From contig MU008188.1 of NCBI GenBank assembly GCA_010909165.1, positions 310,001-374,000 of the forward strand: a stretch of 64,000 bases of DNA. Direction: 5' to 3'. Below the pieces are notes generated by a model. The model ran no database searches, was not told the origin of the DNA, and saw only the letters and a list, made by a program, of their open reading frames with translations. Position numbers and translations under genes: made by a program. Numbering within the stretch: position 1 is the first letter of the stretch; each line of letters begins with the position of its first letter. Of this stretch, positions 23,981 to 37,100 are shown piece by piece. The DNA is from Anthoceros angustus (lineage: Eukaryota; Plantae; Anthocerotophyta).

Positions 23981-25238
23981 GGAGATCGAACTCCAGAGCT
24001 AGCTTGGTGGCCAAGTTGTCAAAAACTCGGCGAGCATCTTCCAGATTACCACACTTTGCATACATGTCCACCAGCTTGCCAAGTATGTTGTTATCTAATC
24101 CTCTTTCCACGATCTATGAATGCATGCCCCGCCTTTGTAAGGCACGAGAGCTAACGAGCCTTGAGAAGGCAAACAAAAGTGAGAGAGTCACCACAATCAA
24201 GCCCTCCTACTCCATTTGTGCATATAGATCAAGTGCCTTGTAGCCGAGACCTTGTTGTGCATACCCGGCAATTAGGGCAATCCATGTCACCACACTTTTT
24301 GTGGCTAAAATTTGTCCACCCTTAGTGCATCTTCCACCATTCACTCTCCTCATGCCCTCCTGCTCCATTTGTGCATATAGATCAAGTGCCTTGTAGCCGA
24401 GACCTTGTTGTGCATAACCCGAATCGTGGCGCCCATGTCACCACACTTTTTGTGGCTGGTCCACCTACCTCGTGCATCTTCCACCACTCTCCTCACGCCT
24501 CGTCTCCATTTGTCCATATAAGACAAGCGCCTCCGCCAAGACTGGAGTGTTCAAGAGACCAAACCCCAAAGCTAGCTCCTTAGCATGCCCACAAAGAGCA
24601 CCTTCTTTTCCTTCACCACATCCATTGTGCGAAGCTTTCAAAAAGCTAGCGGGCAGCTTTTAGTGCACCACATTTTGCATATATGTCCACTAGGCGAGTC
24701 GTAAGTCACCTAGCACTCCTCTGACCACCCTATCGCTGTAGTTGCCCTCCTTTCTCCAAGGCACCAATCGTCCACAGGCCTTGAGAGGCAAGCAAAGGTA
24801 ACTTTTCGTAAAAATGAGGTTCGCCTTCTCCATCTTCCCATACATCAATGATCGCCTCTTGGCTGAGTCCTTGTTGTGCACACCTGGCAGCAATTAGGGC
24901 ATTCCATGTCATCACATGCGTTTCGGCCCAACATTATCCAACAGTCACCTTTCCACAATTTGTGAATACAGTTGCCTCGCATTCTGAATGGCTCCGCTGC
25001 TTATACAGGCCTTGAGAAGGGAGGCAAAAGTAACATGGGTCAGCCAAAATGAGGCCCTCCTGCTCCATTTGTTCATACGGAACAAGTGCCTTATTTCCTA
25101 GCCCTTGGTGCCATTGTTGGGCATACCGAGCATTCACCACTGTCTATTCCACCACATCCTTTGTGGCTAAGTTTTCAAAAACCTATCATGCATCTTCCAG
25201 TTCACCACCATACATGTCCACGAGGTAGGTGCCCCCGG
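23980..25238 (-). pseudogene. PLS-class PPR gene remnant, copy 2
   Basis: Near-identical to 17790-19070. TWNALIA..AQQGL motifs; GTYLVDMY at its right edge. Confidence 0.88.
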
Positions 25239-25240
25239 TA

Positions 25241-25272
25241 CGCCATCCAGAAGTTCGAACTTCTGGATGGCG
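25241..25272. repeat. Perfect 32-bp palindrome at the PPR/CACTA boundary
   Basis: cgccatccagaagttc|gaacttctggatggcg is its own reverse complement. Imperfect copy at ~19073-19103. Confidence 0.95.
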
Positions 25273-28200
25273 CATGTTGCTGTTACAATGTGTGTTACAT
25301 ATTTCTGTTACGGTGCTCTGGGTTGTAACAGAAATGGCCTTGGTTGCAGGATCGGGTTTAGGGTGTTGCGATTATGTTAGGTTGTATAACATGGATGTAA
25401 CATACGATCGTCGCCCATGGTTCCATTAGTGAGCGGGCTTCCGTCCAGTGACACCCTTCAAATCGTATGTGCGCCGTATTGCACTGCAAGCCGCACATAT
25501 CCGCGGATGTCGAACGCATTTGACTCATTGGGCGGGGGCGCTAGTTCGGGTTTCATGGGCGTCGAGGTTCAGCGGCGCACACCTTCTACACCCGGCCCAC
25601 CTGGCAAAGCTAGAAAATAGCTTGTCAAATTCGTGGAAGGTGACATGGTTTCTCCGATTACAAATCGCGCCATTGTCGACATAGCTAAGGATTGGCCACA
25701 TGTGTGTTCCGATTTACAATGGTTGACGTCGCCTAAAACTAACAAACTTCCTAGCCCCCATTCACGCCTGGGTGGCCACCCCGTCAGCCGAGAGGCATGC
25801 ATCGGGCATGCCTCTCTTTCTTTCCGGTGTCTCCCTTACCGCAGGCGTCGTCGTCTCTCCTCTCAACGGCTCCCTCCACCTCCTCTCAGCGCTCCGTCGT
25901 ACTCCTTTCAACGCCGTCCTTCGCACGCTCACCCGTCATGGTCTCAACTTTGTTTCCCCATCCACTGTTCTCGTTCCTTATGCGGCGCCAACGCGTTTCA
26001 AAGTACGTTCTAATGCGGCCTCGATTCGGAGGAAGCTTGGCCAGATCGACAGCGGCGGTAGTCTCTCAAAATTGTGATGTCACGGATGGAACATTTGCCT
26101 CACACTCAAGTCTGCGCACCGGGCATCTTCACCAAGGAGCATTTGTCATAGGCATGTAGGCAATCATCGAGGAAGATGAAAATGCACATGAATGTGAAGC
26201 GCACTTGTTCTAACGACCGTAGCTGATTTTATTGCGGTGAAAACATAATCTATTACAGATGTTCAAAATGAACAGGAGACGGTGAGAGTTCGTGATCGAG
26301 TGCTTGGTGAGCAGTTGAGACCGGAGATGGGTGACCATAAGAGGAGCGGAAGGGCGTTGAGAGGAGCGACACGACGCCCGTTCTTGGGAAAAGGACGGCG
26401 GAAAGAAAGAGAAGCATGCCCGCATGCGGCCTCATGCCTCTCGGAATCGTGGCGGCTCTATGGCCGATTTGCTCCGGCTGTTCCATGACCATATACGAAT
26501 GTGTGAGGTCGTCCTTTCTTAGTGGAAATGTGTGCTCTCTTCACGGCATTGTTTTCCATCAACCATGGAGCAGTGGCGCGGATGGCGGAAGGTGCATTGT
26601 GATGTGCCACTATGCGGGCTGCCCGTGAGCAAGGCCATTTCGCAATGCACATGATTGGGATGGCATGGCTGCTCCTCATGCGTGCAGCGCGCCCAGGCTC
26701 GCAAATTGATGGCAATGGCTTGGCCCAAGGCACAACATTCCTCCAAGTTTCGTATTTGGCAATGTAGTCTCCCATAGTGAGGCTGGCCGAAATGTAGAAG
26801 CAGAACAATGTGCACAAGTGCATCCGTTTTTAAGTGATCACCTCGTCGGCTGTCTTCACATGGCACACCTTGAGCACATGCATGCAGTACCAGTTCTTCC
26901 ACTTGTCACTTGATTCCTATGTGTGGAACTCCACAGCCATTCTCACAGCGTTCATGGGTTCCACAAAATCCCCATCGGACACCGCCGCTGCGTGATGAAA
27001 CAACCGGAATAAAGCGATGGGTCCTCCCGCTAGCAGGCCGTGGTTCGTGTTCCCCCATTGTGTGGCATGCTTCCACTATGTGCTCATGACCTCCAACAAT
27101 TGGGCGGGCCTCGTCGTTTGAAATCGGCATATAACACAAATTGCTCCCATTTGTTGTAGTTGAATGGCGACTGGTGGTGAGGGAATGCATTAGCCACATC
27201 CATGTCTCTCTTGACTATCCGGCACTCACCTGTCGCGTTTCCAGCTCAAATGGCCACCATGCCGACTTGAGGCCCTCACAACATTAGTTTAGTGGGTCGT
27301 TTTGGGCCCAAAATGCCGAACCCATATCCGTTCCTCCGGTCCCCATCGCTCAATCTCGGCCGCCTCTGCCGACTCGCGTTTCCGGCAATCCTCCCGTCGT
27401 TGGGGTTCCCGTTCCCTTTAGTGCAATGGCGGGCTCGAATTCCAAACGCCACATCAAACTTCTTGGCTGTCACATTTGGGACAAACCACATCCTCTCCCT
27501 TGAGGTTTGCATGTGCACACTGCTGTACCACCCTGAGGCGGTTTGCGGACCTCGCTGCTTCGGATGATGTGGACACCCAACTCCTTGCACTCGAGGCGGG
27601 AAGTCCATGCCGAGGTGAGCAGGCAACCCACAACTCCATCTCGCCCGGCTCGTGTAGCAATACAAGCGCCCTAGGACCGTAGTTCGCAAAATTCACCTTC
27701 GCGAGGCGGGCGGGGTGCAGTGCATCGCCCTCCTCCATCACTGCGGTACCGCCCCGCCTTCTTGCCACACTCGTTGCCGTTTGACATCCTTCGCCTCCCA
27801 CCCGGGCAAGCAGGATCCCCATTTGACATGACGCCCAAGTTTGCGGACCACACCGGATGTGGCGGCTCGGCGCCATCCATTGGGACTTAGGGGGACCATG
27901 CCATCCTCGCGCCCACGGTAGCCCGACCGCATGTTCGTCGGTGCTTGGTGGAAGATGTCCTCGGGGATCCAAGTTCGATTGCCCGGACCGCCCTTCGTTT
28001 GTCTCTCAAATCTGCTATGCCGCAAAGCGGATCCATTGTTCCCGTCGCGCGCGGCTGTTCTAGCTCCGCCAGCTGCCGACGTCCGGACGTCCGTGTCGAT
28101 CACGGCATAAGGATGGTGGCCGGCGACGACGGAGTCCCTTGCTCCTCGACGCTATCGCCTGTTCCTCGGATGTTGCATCCGGATGCCTTCAAATGCTCCT

Positions 28201-29069
28201 GCCTACGCATCCATGCCACAAGCCCAATTTAGACGGCACATGGCCGGCATTGTTCGTCTTTGTGTTGTTCTTACCGTATGTCAAAGCGCCGCAGCGTTTA
28301 GGTCCCCTTCGCGTCCCCTACATGGATTGGCTTCACGGCTTTTGCACGCCATTGTGGAAGGAGGTGAAGGTGGAGGTGAAGGTGTATCGTGCTTGCCGAC
28401 GATGTGACAAAGCGGTGTTGGTGAAGCCTTCATGCGAAGAAAATCTGAGACTCCCTTTAGTCCGGACTTGTCTTGTCATTCCCTCCACTGAATGGATGAA
28501 CCATTGCTCTCTTGAATTTCATTAGATAAGGGGTTAATGAGCTAGTTCGGAGGAATGATGGAATATCACCACATGCTTGCACTCCTCGAAGCAGTTGTCG
28601 TCATTGCTATAACTGGCATTAGTATTTCGCCATTTCCACGCACAGCGACCATCCCTTCTACTTTCCGCACTCCTCCTCCTTCGTGCCCGGGGTCTCTGTC
28701 TCGCAAGCTGCGCCTTCTCAGCGGTGAAGGCGTTGTTCAATTTTCCCCGCTCATCACTTGCTCTTTGAACAGGGGCCGAATCTTCTTGGATGCCACCCAG
28801 TAGCGGTGTACATGCGATGTCCACAGCCGCATTTGCGGATCCCGGCCCATCCGCCCATTCACCCCCATTTCCGAATACATTGTTTGCGAAAGGATGGAGG
28901 GCCGCAGCGTCGGAGGCGTGACCCTTTCTCGCGATTTCCCTCCACCATTATCTTGTCTCGCTTGTAACTAATTGCCGCGAATTGATGGTCGGTGGTGAGA
29001 GCGAGCGCCAAGATCTTGGCGGAGGATAGCCGCCATAGGAGGCATTTCACATGGCATGGAGGCGACTGA

Positions 29070-31060
29070 TGGCTATGATAGCATGGATGATATGGATAGC
29101 TCGGCGTCCGTGGCGTGTCCTCGAGCGCCTCCATTGATGGTAGCCGATCGGGCGACAACAACGCACCGCAAGCTGTTACATGGAATCGATCACATGGGGA
29201 TGGAGGCCACGGTTGCCAGAAGGCGGCGGCAACGGCCCGTGGAAGTGCACCTTGCAAATCCAAGGAAAGCGGAGTTGGCCACGTTGATCCTCGTCGCAAA
29301 CCGGGCATGGCATGTCAGATGTGGCTGTATCTGACATGCTGCAGGCCGTCTCCCAACATTGTGCGGTGAGGGGGCATTGCCAACTTCACTCGAGCAGGGG
29401 AAAAAGCTTTTGGCCGCATTCGGCAGCGGGTATGATAAAATCCACGTCTGTAAAGGTGATTGCGTGTTGTTTAGAGGTGAGTACGCCGATCACACCGCAT
29501 GCCCATTGTGCGGTCTCTCGAGGTATATCCGTGGAAAAGTCCACACAAGGTCATGTGGCATTTTCCTATCAAAGACCGCATCCGAATGCATGTTACGCTC
29601 TCCTGTTACATGACAACATGGCCTTCTACACTACGTGGCGTTGATGGGCATATGGGTATCATCGGATGCGGATACGATGGCGGCTGGTTGATAGCTTGGA
29701 TGGGTTTGGGTCGGAGGCCGGGGAATGTTCGGTTTGGCATAGCGGATGGTTTCAACCCATTTGGTCACCGTCCGGCATCCACCATATGGTGTGCTATTTG
29801 TGCACAACTTCCCCATGGATGACAACAAAGCCGGAGCATGTGCTCATGCCTTATTGTGCCAGCCCTCATATTGTAAAAACTTTGATGTCTTTATGCAGCC
29901 ACTCCGGAAGAGCTGCGGGATTTGTGGGTGGAAGGCATGCACTGTCAAGATTTCTCGATGCCTGCGGATCTGGCGGGCAGCTTCAATGTTAGAACGGTTA
30001 GAGATTATCACCTTTAGGGATCATGGCGGCTGGTGGTACATGGGACGCGTGCACCTTAGGCTAGCTAGGTTTGGAATCAAGATGGGCATTGCGCTTCATA
30101 AACATGTGTGCAGGGCCGTTTCCTCCCGGTGATCATGAAATCGCGAGCGAAAAGGAGTGGTTCAACAATGAAGGAGCACCGCCCACCGGCCCCGCCGTCG
30201 TTCGTGAACTAATGGTGATATGGGTCGGGTGGCGACTTCGAGGATTTAAAATGTAAGCGGTTTGGGACACGAAGAAGTCAACGTGGTTCGACTTCCCTAC
30301 CGTCTTTGGAGGCACATCTTTGAAGTGGGCCCCGAAAGATGTCATGCACCTAGAAAAAAGATGTCAATGCTGAGTCCATATGGCATACATTGACAGGAGA
30401 ACGAGACGACTTTGCTTCACGCGTTGACATGGAATCCATAGGAGGTAAGTCATGGCTGTGGCCCAATCACGACACCGAGACTTTTCCCGATGCACGGTAT
30501 GTGTTAACTAAGCCCGATCTAGACCTTGTGCTTAAAGAAATGCGGCGGATCCGGCTACCCACCGGATATGCCTCAAACATAGCATCAAAGTTGGCAAAGG
30601 GTAAGGTTGGCTGCTGAAGACCCATGATTGGCGTGGTAATGCAAGTGTATTTCCCCATTGTCCTCCGTCAACGAATTCATCCGGATGTGTATAAGGCAAT
30701 CGCGGGGTTGGGTCGGTTGCAGTGGATATGCCAAGCGGATACGGTGCATGCAATCGCGATATGCGGAGGAATGCATAAGGGTCATGTGTATTGGAGGAAC
30801 AATTTCCAAGCTTCGGATATTTCACACACCTCGTACTTCACTTGGTTGATGAGGTGGAAGCTTTGGGCCGTGCTGCGAGATGGATGTACCCGATTAGAAC
30901 GTTATCTCGGCTTAAGCAGACAATCGGACAACGAGCCGGGCCGGCGGCGCGGAAGGATATCCAGTGCATCAACTTGGCGAAAGCATTCCGTGACATGGGA
31001 ACACCGTCATGTATTAGGGAACGGACGGGCGCCACGGAGAACGGCGTCGGTAGAGACCGT
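29070..31060 (+). pseudogene. CACTA TnpD transposase (Transposase_21 plus DUF4218-type regions), heavily frameshifted
   Basis: YDKIHVCKGDCVLFRGEYADHTACPLCGLSRY; KVMWHFPIKDRI; NVRFGIADGFNPFG; NFDVFMQPL; DVMHLEK; IRLPTGYASNI; LKTHDW; HLVLHLVDEV...RWMYP. Confidence 0.93.
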
Positions 31061-31149
31061 TTAGGATTCAAACCCGTCGCCGTCCAGGCAGGGGCGGGTG
31101 GGGTGAGGGCGCCATCTCGGCTGGGCGGGGGGGGCCGAGGTCTGTGATC

Positions 31150-34100
31150 TTGTTTGGGTGGGTGCCTACCACCCGGCTTATGTCATTGTCTCTCTCTTAC
31201 TGATGCTTGCCCTTCACTACGGTATCATTTCGTTTTTCAATCCTTTTACACAATAAAAGGATTATCTTATCGTCGTAATTAGGCTCTAATCAAAATAGTT
31301 TTGGTTCAATCACACATATTCTATTGGAGTAGATGGAGTGTAATATGGTTCGGTGTCCGTCTCTTGAATAGTACTTTTGAGCTGCTGATTGTATGGTCCG
31401 AGATAAATGTATTATCATTTCAATATTTCATCCAAGCGAGAATATTTCAATTTAAACCATTGTCGAATTCATATATAAAACTTATCTATTTTTAACTTTA
31501 GTACTCACCTCAAAGAGTGAAAACAACTCGTTTTGATTCTCCGATAACTACAAACAAAAAGTAAAAGTAATTAGTCATTTACCTCCATTTCAATTCGGAG
31601 AAGATCTTTCTTTGCATATACCTTTTCGACAAGCGTTAAACACGTCTGTGAAGATTCCCACCAATGGAAATGTGATCGTATGTTCGAAGAAACATAAACA
31701 TTAGAATTTTTTGGAATGCAAGCGGATATTACCTTTCAAACGATGTACCTTTTGAATGTTTTTTGTTGTCTCTGGTTCTTCCATGAGAGACAACAAGTCT
31801 CGTTTTCAACTCCTTATTTTCAATTGCTGCCCCTATCTCGCATTCAATGCGTGCAATTACATACATAGAATTATATGAAAATAATAGTGAAAAGAGAAGT
31901 TATGCGCTTACTTGCTTGGATTTGTCTCGCTTTCGAATGTTGGGTTGGACCCATCTTCATTCAAGATGGGGTACTTGCTCTTTTAGACTATGCTCCCAAA
32001 GTGCGAATACTTATCTTTAAAGTCTTGAAAAGTGGTGGATATTGAAAATTGCTCATCCACTTTCCAAACTCGGTGAACTCAAGTGGCCCGTAAGTTGGTC
32101 CATCCTCCTCAAGTCATCAATTTTCTCTTTTTGCACGATCAAAACCAAAATCATTAATTTCTTAAACCAAATCATATTAATGCACATTATATACCTAATA
32201 CTTTTGTATACGATTGGAGATGGCTGCGTTGTCAATGTTGTTGTCAATCTTTCGACTTTGTCCTTTATGTTTTTTGCGCGACTTGTTTTCCCGACGATGC
32301 CCTGTTATAAGGTCAATGTGAAAAGAAAAGAAGGTATGAATATTAATTAGATTACCTCGATCTTGCTGGATTGAACTTTGATATCCCTCCAACATTGTTT
32401 GCATTGAAATCGGTGTCCATTAAACCTTTCCACAAGTGTGCGTTTCCGCTCAATTGAGTTGTTCAAGGTTCTTTTGATATCCTGCAGAGATAAATTTAGG
32501 TTAAGATTTTGGATTTGAGCATAATTAGATGAATTAAAGAAAAGTGCTTACCTTCTTTATCTTATTCAATCAAGGCGGGCATCTTAAAGATGCTTAAGGT
32601 CTTGTTTGTCCATGACAGAGAACATTGTGTGCTCATGGACAACCCACGGGTTTTGTTAGACTCGACCAACGAGAACATACATACAATCATTTTCACACCT
32701 TTTCTACGATCTTTCCGATCTCCAGCGGTGGTGGTTCAAACTCTGCGTTAGCGGCATATCCGGATCCCCATGGGTGGGAAGTAATTTGTCGAGTTGGCTC
32801 ACGGTGGCATCAGTAGTTCTTGTCTGCGGGGGTTGACAACAAGTATTAGTAAAAGTAAAAGTAAGTAAGAATCATAGAATCAAAATCGATATGTAACAAT
32901 CAAGTACCTTCTTGGATTTGAAAATCGTTATTGCTTGCCGTTCTCGATTCCATCCCGATTCAAAAGCCATTAGAATCATAGGGAGCTTGTCAAATCGAAA
33001 CATGAAATCGCGCGAAAGCGGCAGTTGAGCAAGGGCAAATTACTTCGTTCACGATCACGCTCCGTGCTTCACGAGCCAATTGTTTGTTCTGCGCCGTAAT
33101 GTTAAAATCGGTCGATACAAGCGAAGCTTGTGATAAGTAGAAAAGCTCTGCTGCGGTGCACGTGCATGTGACTCACGCGGCGGATCGCGTGTAACAGCCC
33201 TCACAACGCGCAAACATGCAAGCATGCGTTTGCGGGCATACGTCTCTGCGTTGATCACGGCTCTGCGGACAAAGAAACAACTACGCATAAAGAACTTCTT
33301 GGAACCACGGTCTTTGAAGAGAGTTCTTGTGCGCCTAAAGTGAGGGCATGTCGATGTACCTCAAAACAATGGGCATGCCTGAAGCGGGACAAAAAGCAGG
33401 CACTCACGGCAAACACAAACTCACGAGGGCATGCCGAAAAGCACGCGGACTTTCGATTACAACGGCAGATAGCTCACGGGAAAAGGCAAAAGTGAAGCAA
33501 CTTCGGCAAGCAAGCGTGAGTGACACGGTGCCGTGTTGGCGTGTAGAGTCGACAACGAGACCGTGAAGTGAAAGCGATAAGATGTTTCTTGAGTGTCTAC
33601 AAGCGACTCGAGCAGACGGACATCAAATGAAGGAAAGCGTTGAGAGATATGATAAAACAAGTTGAAAGCACAAGGTTTGACTTACGAAGGAGAGTAGTGG
33701 GCGGATGCTTGTCGAGGCGAGACGTTGGGTCAGGCAGATGCAAAGGAAACACACCTCCTCGAGGAGAAAAAGCGTGACGGCAATGGGAGGCGCTTGAAGA
33801 ACAGGGACTTCTGAGGTGGGCGTGGACTGGAGAATCTGACTTGGCGGGCGTGGTGGTACCAGGCGAGTGAAGAACCAGCGGGCGTGGTGGAAGTGTAGGC
33901 GTGAAAGAACCAGCTGGCGGGCGTAGGTGGGCGGTAGGCCCTGAAAACCCGGCGGCGTGGGCTGGTGTGAGCCGAGAAACCAGCGACTGGCGGCGTGATG
34001 GGTGATAGAGGCGAATGAGGGAGTGCTTGAAATAGTCTAGAGTTAGGGTTCTAGATGTTGAAGTCGTGTGCATGGCGGGGATTTGATTGGGTTGTTTCAT

Positions 34101-37100
34101 ACCCGTTAGATTAGGTTGATTAGGTGTTGCATGGGTAGGTTTGGAACAATGTGACTAGGTTTGGTTGAGGGAGGCGGCGGCGGCAGCGAATGCGAACCTC
34201 GGTTGGTTTGGGTCGGCTCAAGGTTAGGTTGAATTCAAATGGGTTGGTAGAGAGTGGCGGCGCGCAGTGAGAAGTTAGGGTTTGGTGGCCTATATAATGC
34301 AAGTCTTTTCTGCTTTCAGCGTGTTGGGCTCCGTGCAAGTTCTTGCTCTTATTGTTCATTGTCTAGGCCGCTTTTTGCAAGTTTGTTTTCTCATTGCTCT
34401 TGTAGGGCGTTTTGTTTCCTGGGTTGTTGCGTCAGAAGGCCAAGGTGCTTGCTCGTGTCTTTAGGTGTAGCTCTTTGTTGTAGTTTGTTTAGGTCTTTGG
34501 TGAATGTCTTACTTTGTTTGTTGAGCCCTTTCAATTTCGGTTTTTAGTGTTTAGACCTCCTTCGTCGAGGTTTCGTTGTTGGCTTTGTGTTTAAGCGGTT
34601 TTGCTGTTCTTTGTTCAAGTTCTTGTTGTCAGGTCTGTTGATCTTGTCTTTGTGCTTAAGGCTTTGCTTGTTTAGTCCTAGGCCCGAGGCTAAGGTGTTT
34701 TACTCTGGTTTCTTAGGCAAGTTTGTTCAAGGCCTATTTCTCGCTATTCTGGTGTTGTTTTGTTCTGCTCATTTGTCTCGCTGTCTTTGGTTGTTGTTCG
34801 TCTGGTTTCTTATCCAGCCTTGTTTGGTTGTTCTGGTGTGCTTGTAGGCTTTGTTGTTTGTCGAAGGCCATTGTTTTCTAGGTGTTTACGTTCTTGGTTC
34901 TTTCTTGTCTAGGAGGTTTTAGCGATTTGCTTAGGTTTCGTGCTTGTTTTCTTTGTTTGTTTTCATGCTGCTTTGTCCGTGTTTTTTTCTTTTTATGGTG
35001 TTGTTTTGTTTCTTCTGTCGTTGTCTCTTGGTTCTCGTTTGCTCTTGTTTTGTTGTTTTATTATGTTGCGTTTTTGCGTCGTTGTTGTTCTTGTACTTGT
35101 CATTGCTTTTTTGCTTCTTGTGTTTCATCTCTGTCTTGTTTTATTTCTTTCGATGTTGGTTCATGGTCTGTTGGTTTGCTTGTTGTTTTGTCGTCTACGT
35201 TTTCAGTTGATGTTCTTTAAAGGTTTGTGGTTGTTTTGATGTCTTTGTTTTTGTCATGAAAGTACCTTTTAATGTTTTTTCCTTTTTCGCTTGTTTCTTG
35301 TCGCTTGTTTTGTGGTTCTTTGTCTGGCGACTTTTGTGTATTGCATTGTCAAACATTTTGTTTGTTTTGTGTTGTCTGTATCGCTCGTTGTGTTGGTCAT
35401 GTGTGTTGCGCTTTAGCTTCAAGTCTTTGTTCTGATGACTTTCTTTCGTGTTTCCCTCTCGTTGTGTTTTGATGTCAAACTTTTCGTTGTGTTATGATCG
35501 GGACCACTTTGGTAGTCAAATGTCTTTGTGTCAATGGTTTCTCTGCTTCATATTCTTGTTGGAAAATGAATGTTGTCTTCTCTTGATAGCTTTGATTGTT
35601 TTATAATGTTGGCGATTTTTATTCTTCTTCTATTCCTTTTTGAACGCAGGAGTCAAGAGGTTGTTGACGTAAGAAAGGTTGGTTAACCTTGTCTTGTGAC
35701 AATTTTGTTTTGTCTTTCTTGTCATGGTTATGTCGTTGTTTTGTTGTCGATCAAATCTTGTTCTCTTTCTTTCTCGTTTTGCTTGTGATCTTACTCTCTG
35801 CTCTTTTGATGCGATCAAGGTTTTGGACGTTGTGACACATTTGGGACCTTTCGTAAGCGTCTTTTGTTATTCGCTTTGTAATTCTTTGTTTAAAATGTGA
35901 TATGCTTATTTTGTTGAATTCGTTTATGTGTTGGTTCAATACGTTTTCTCATTCTTATTCTAAGGTTGTTTTGCACAAGCCTTCGTATAAGGCGTTTTGT
36001 TCGGGTGTAACCCTGCGTATGGTATGTGAGTGTATTTTAAACTTGATGATTTCTCGATAATTTTCGTTGTCTTTTAACGTGTGAGTTCTCTGAATAATCT
36101 AATCTTTACTTGTGTAGGCTTTATTGTTCATCGTGTGAAGGGTTGACTGCCAACACGATTGTCTGCATGAATCGGATCACCATTCCTTTTTGAAGTCATG
36201 ATTTAAATCTGTAGTTTGCGTTGTCTTTTGTTGTGTATCTTTGTAACCTTATTTTGTTTTGTTTTTCCTCTTAAATCTAACTTGAGTCTTCTATTTGAAG
36301 TATGTGGTGTTGTTTGAAAGGAGTTATCTGTTCTCACTAACCAAAAGTGGAGGATTTCAATATTTAACAATGTGTATATTCAATGAATGTGTCGCATATC
36401 CCCCATCCCTATCCTCGTCCTCGATTGTTTTATAATCAATTGTTAGACCCTTGAGTTCCTATCTGGAAGTTCACACCATGTAAGTGCTTTCTTTATTTTG
36501 TCTTTTTTCAACTTTCCATGTTTGTGTTGTCAAGTTCCTTGACCACTCAATTCTTTCGCTTTGCAGATGGCCTAAAAGAAAACCCACGGGCTCTGGGCGG
36601 GAAGAAAACAAGGATCTGGCAAGTTATGGCCAAGCCATATACTAGGCAGTGTCAAATCCAGTTCGCATCGCAACTCATCCGCAGGATGATGGTAAAGTTG
36701 ATGGTGTCTTGGTGCAGTGAAGGAACTTAGTTCCCAAAAGACTTGCCCAAACCGCCAAGGCGATTTTCATCCAAGAAGGACGCTCGACGTGCGGTGAGTT
36801 TGTTCAAGAGGAGAAGGGTGGACACTCGACTGGCTTTGGTTGAAGGTCCTCTTGCAGATTACTAACTATGTCCCGATTAATCAGAGAGGGGTCCGGTTTG
36901 TGGGGAGAATGATTTCTTGATAAGCGATCCCATGGTTGTGAGTCGCCAAAACACTCGAGTCTAGAGATTTGTGTGCTGCCGTTGAGCAGATGCTTTCGGT
37001 GTTTTTCCATGCTGTTGTGGTTCCGACCAGTCATCCCCGATCAAGAAGTGCTTGATATGTTTGAGAGGCTAAAGTGTGATGATCCCGAAGATGACTTTGC

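Larger units (their letters stand above)
12346..25779 (+). repeat. Large tandem duplication: copy 1 12346-19599 (7.25 kb), copy 2 19600-25779 (6.18 kb)
   Basis: Both copies start ggaggagcaaggccatgctacctcagcacc and end ...ccccattc...gtggccac. Same order of TE ORF, DDE transposase, PPR fragments and CACTA left-end remnant. The length difference matches the internal 1.06 kb duplication found only in copy 1. Confidence 0.95.

Noticed and set aside
34254-35939. Many hydrophobic (+) and Lys/Gln-rich (-) ORFs resembling membrane or basic proteins
   Set aside because: They result from the A-depleted tract lacking stop codons; no real protein motifs.
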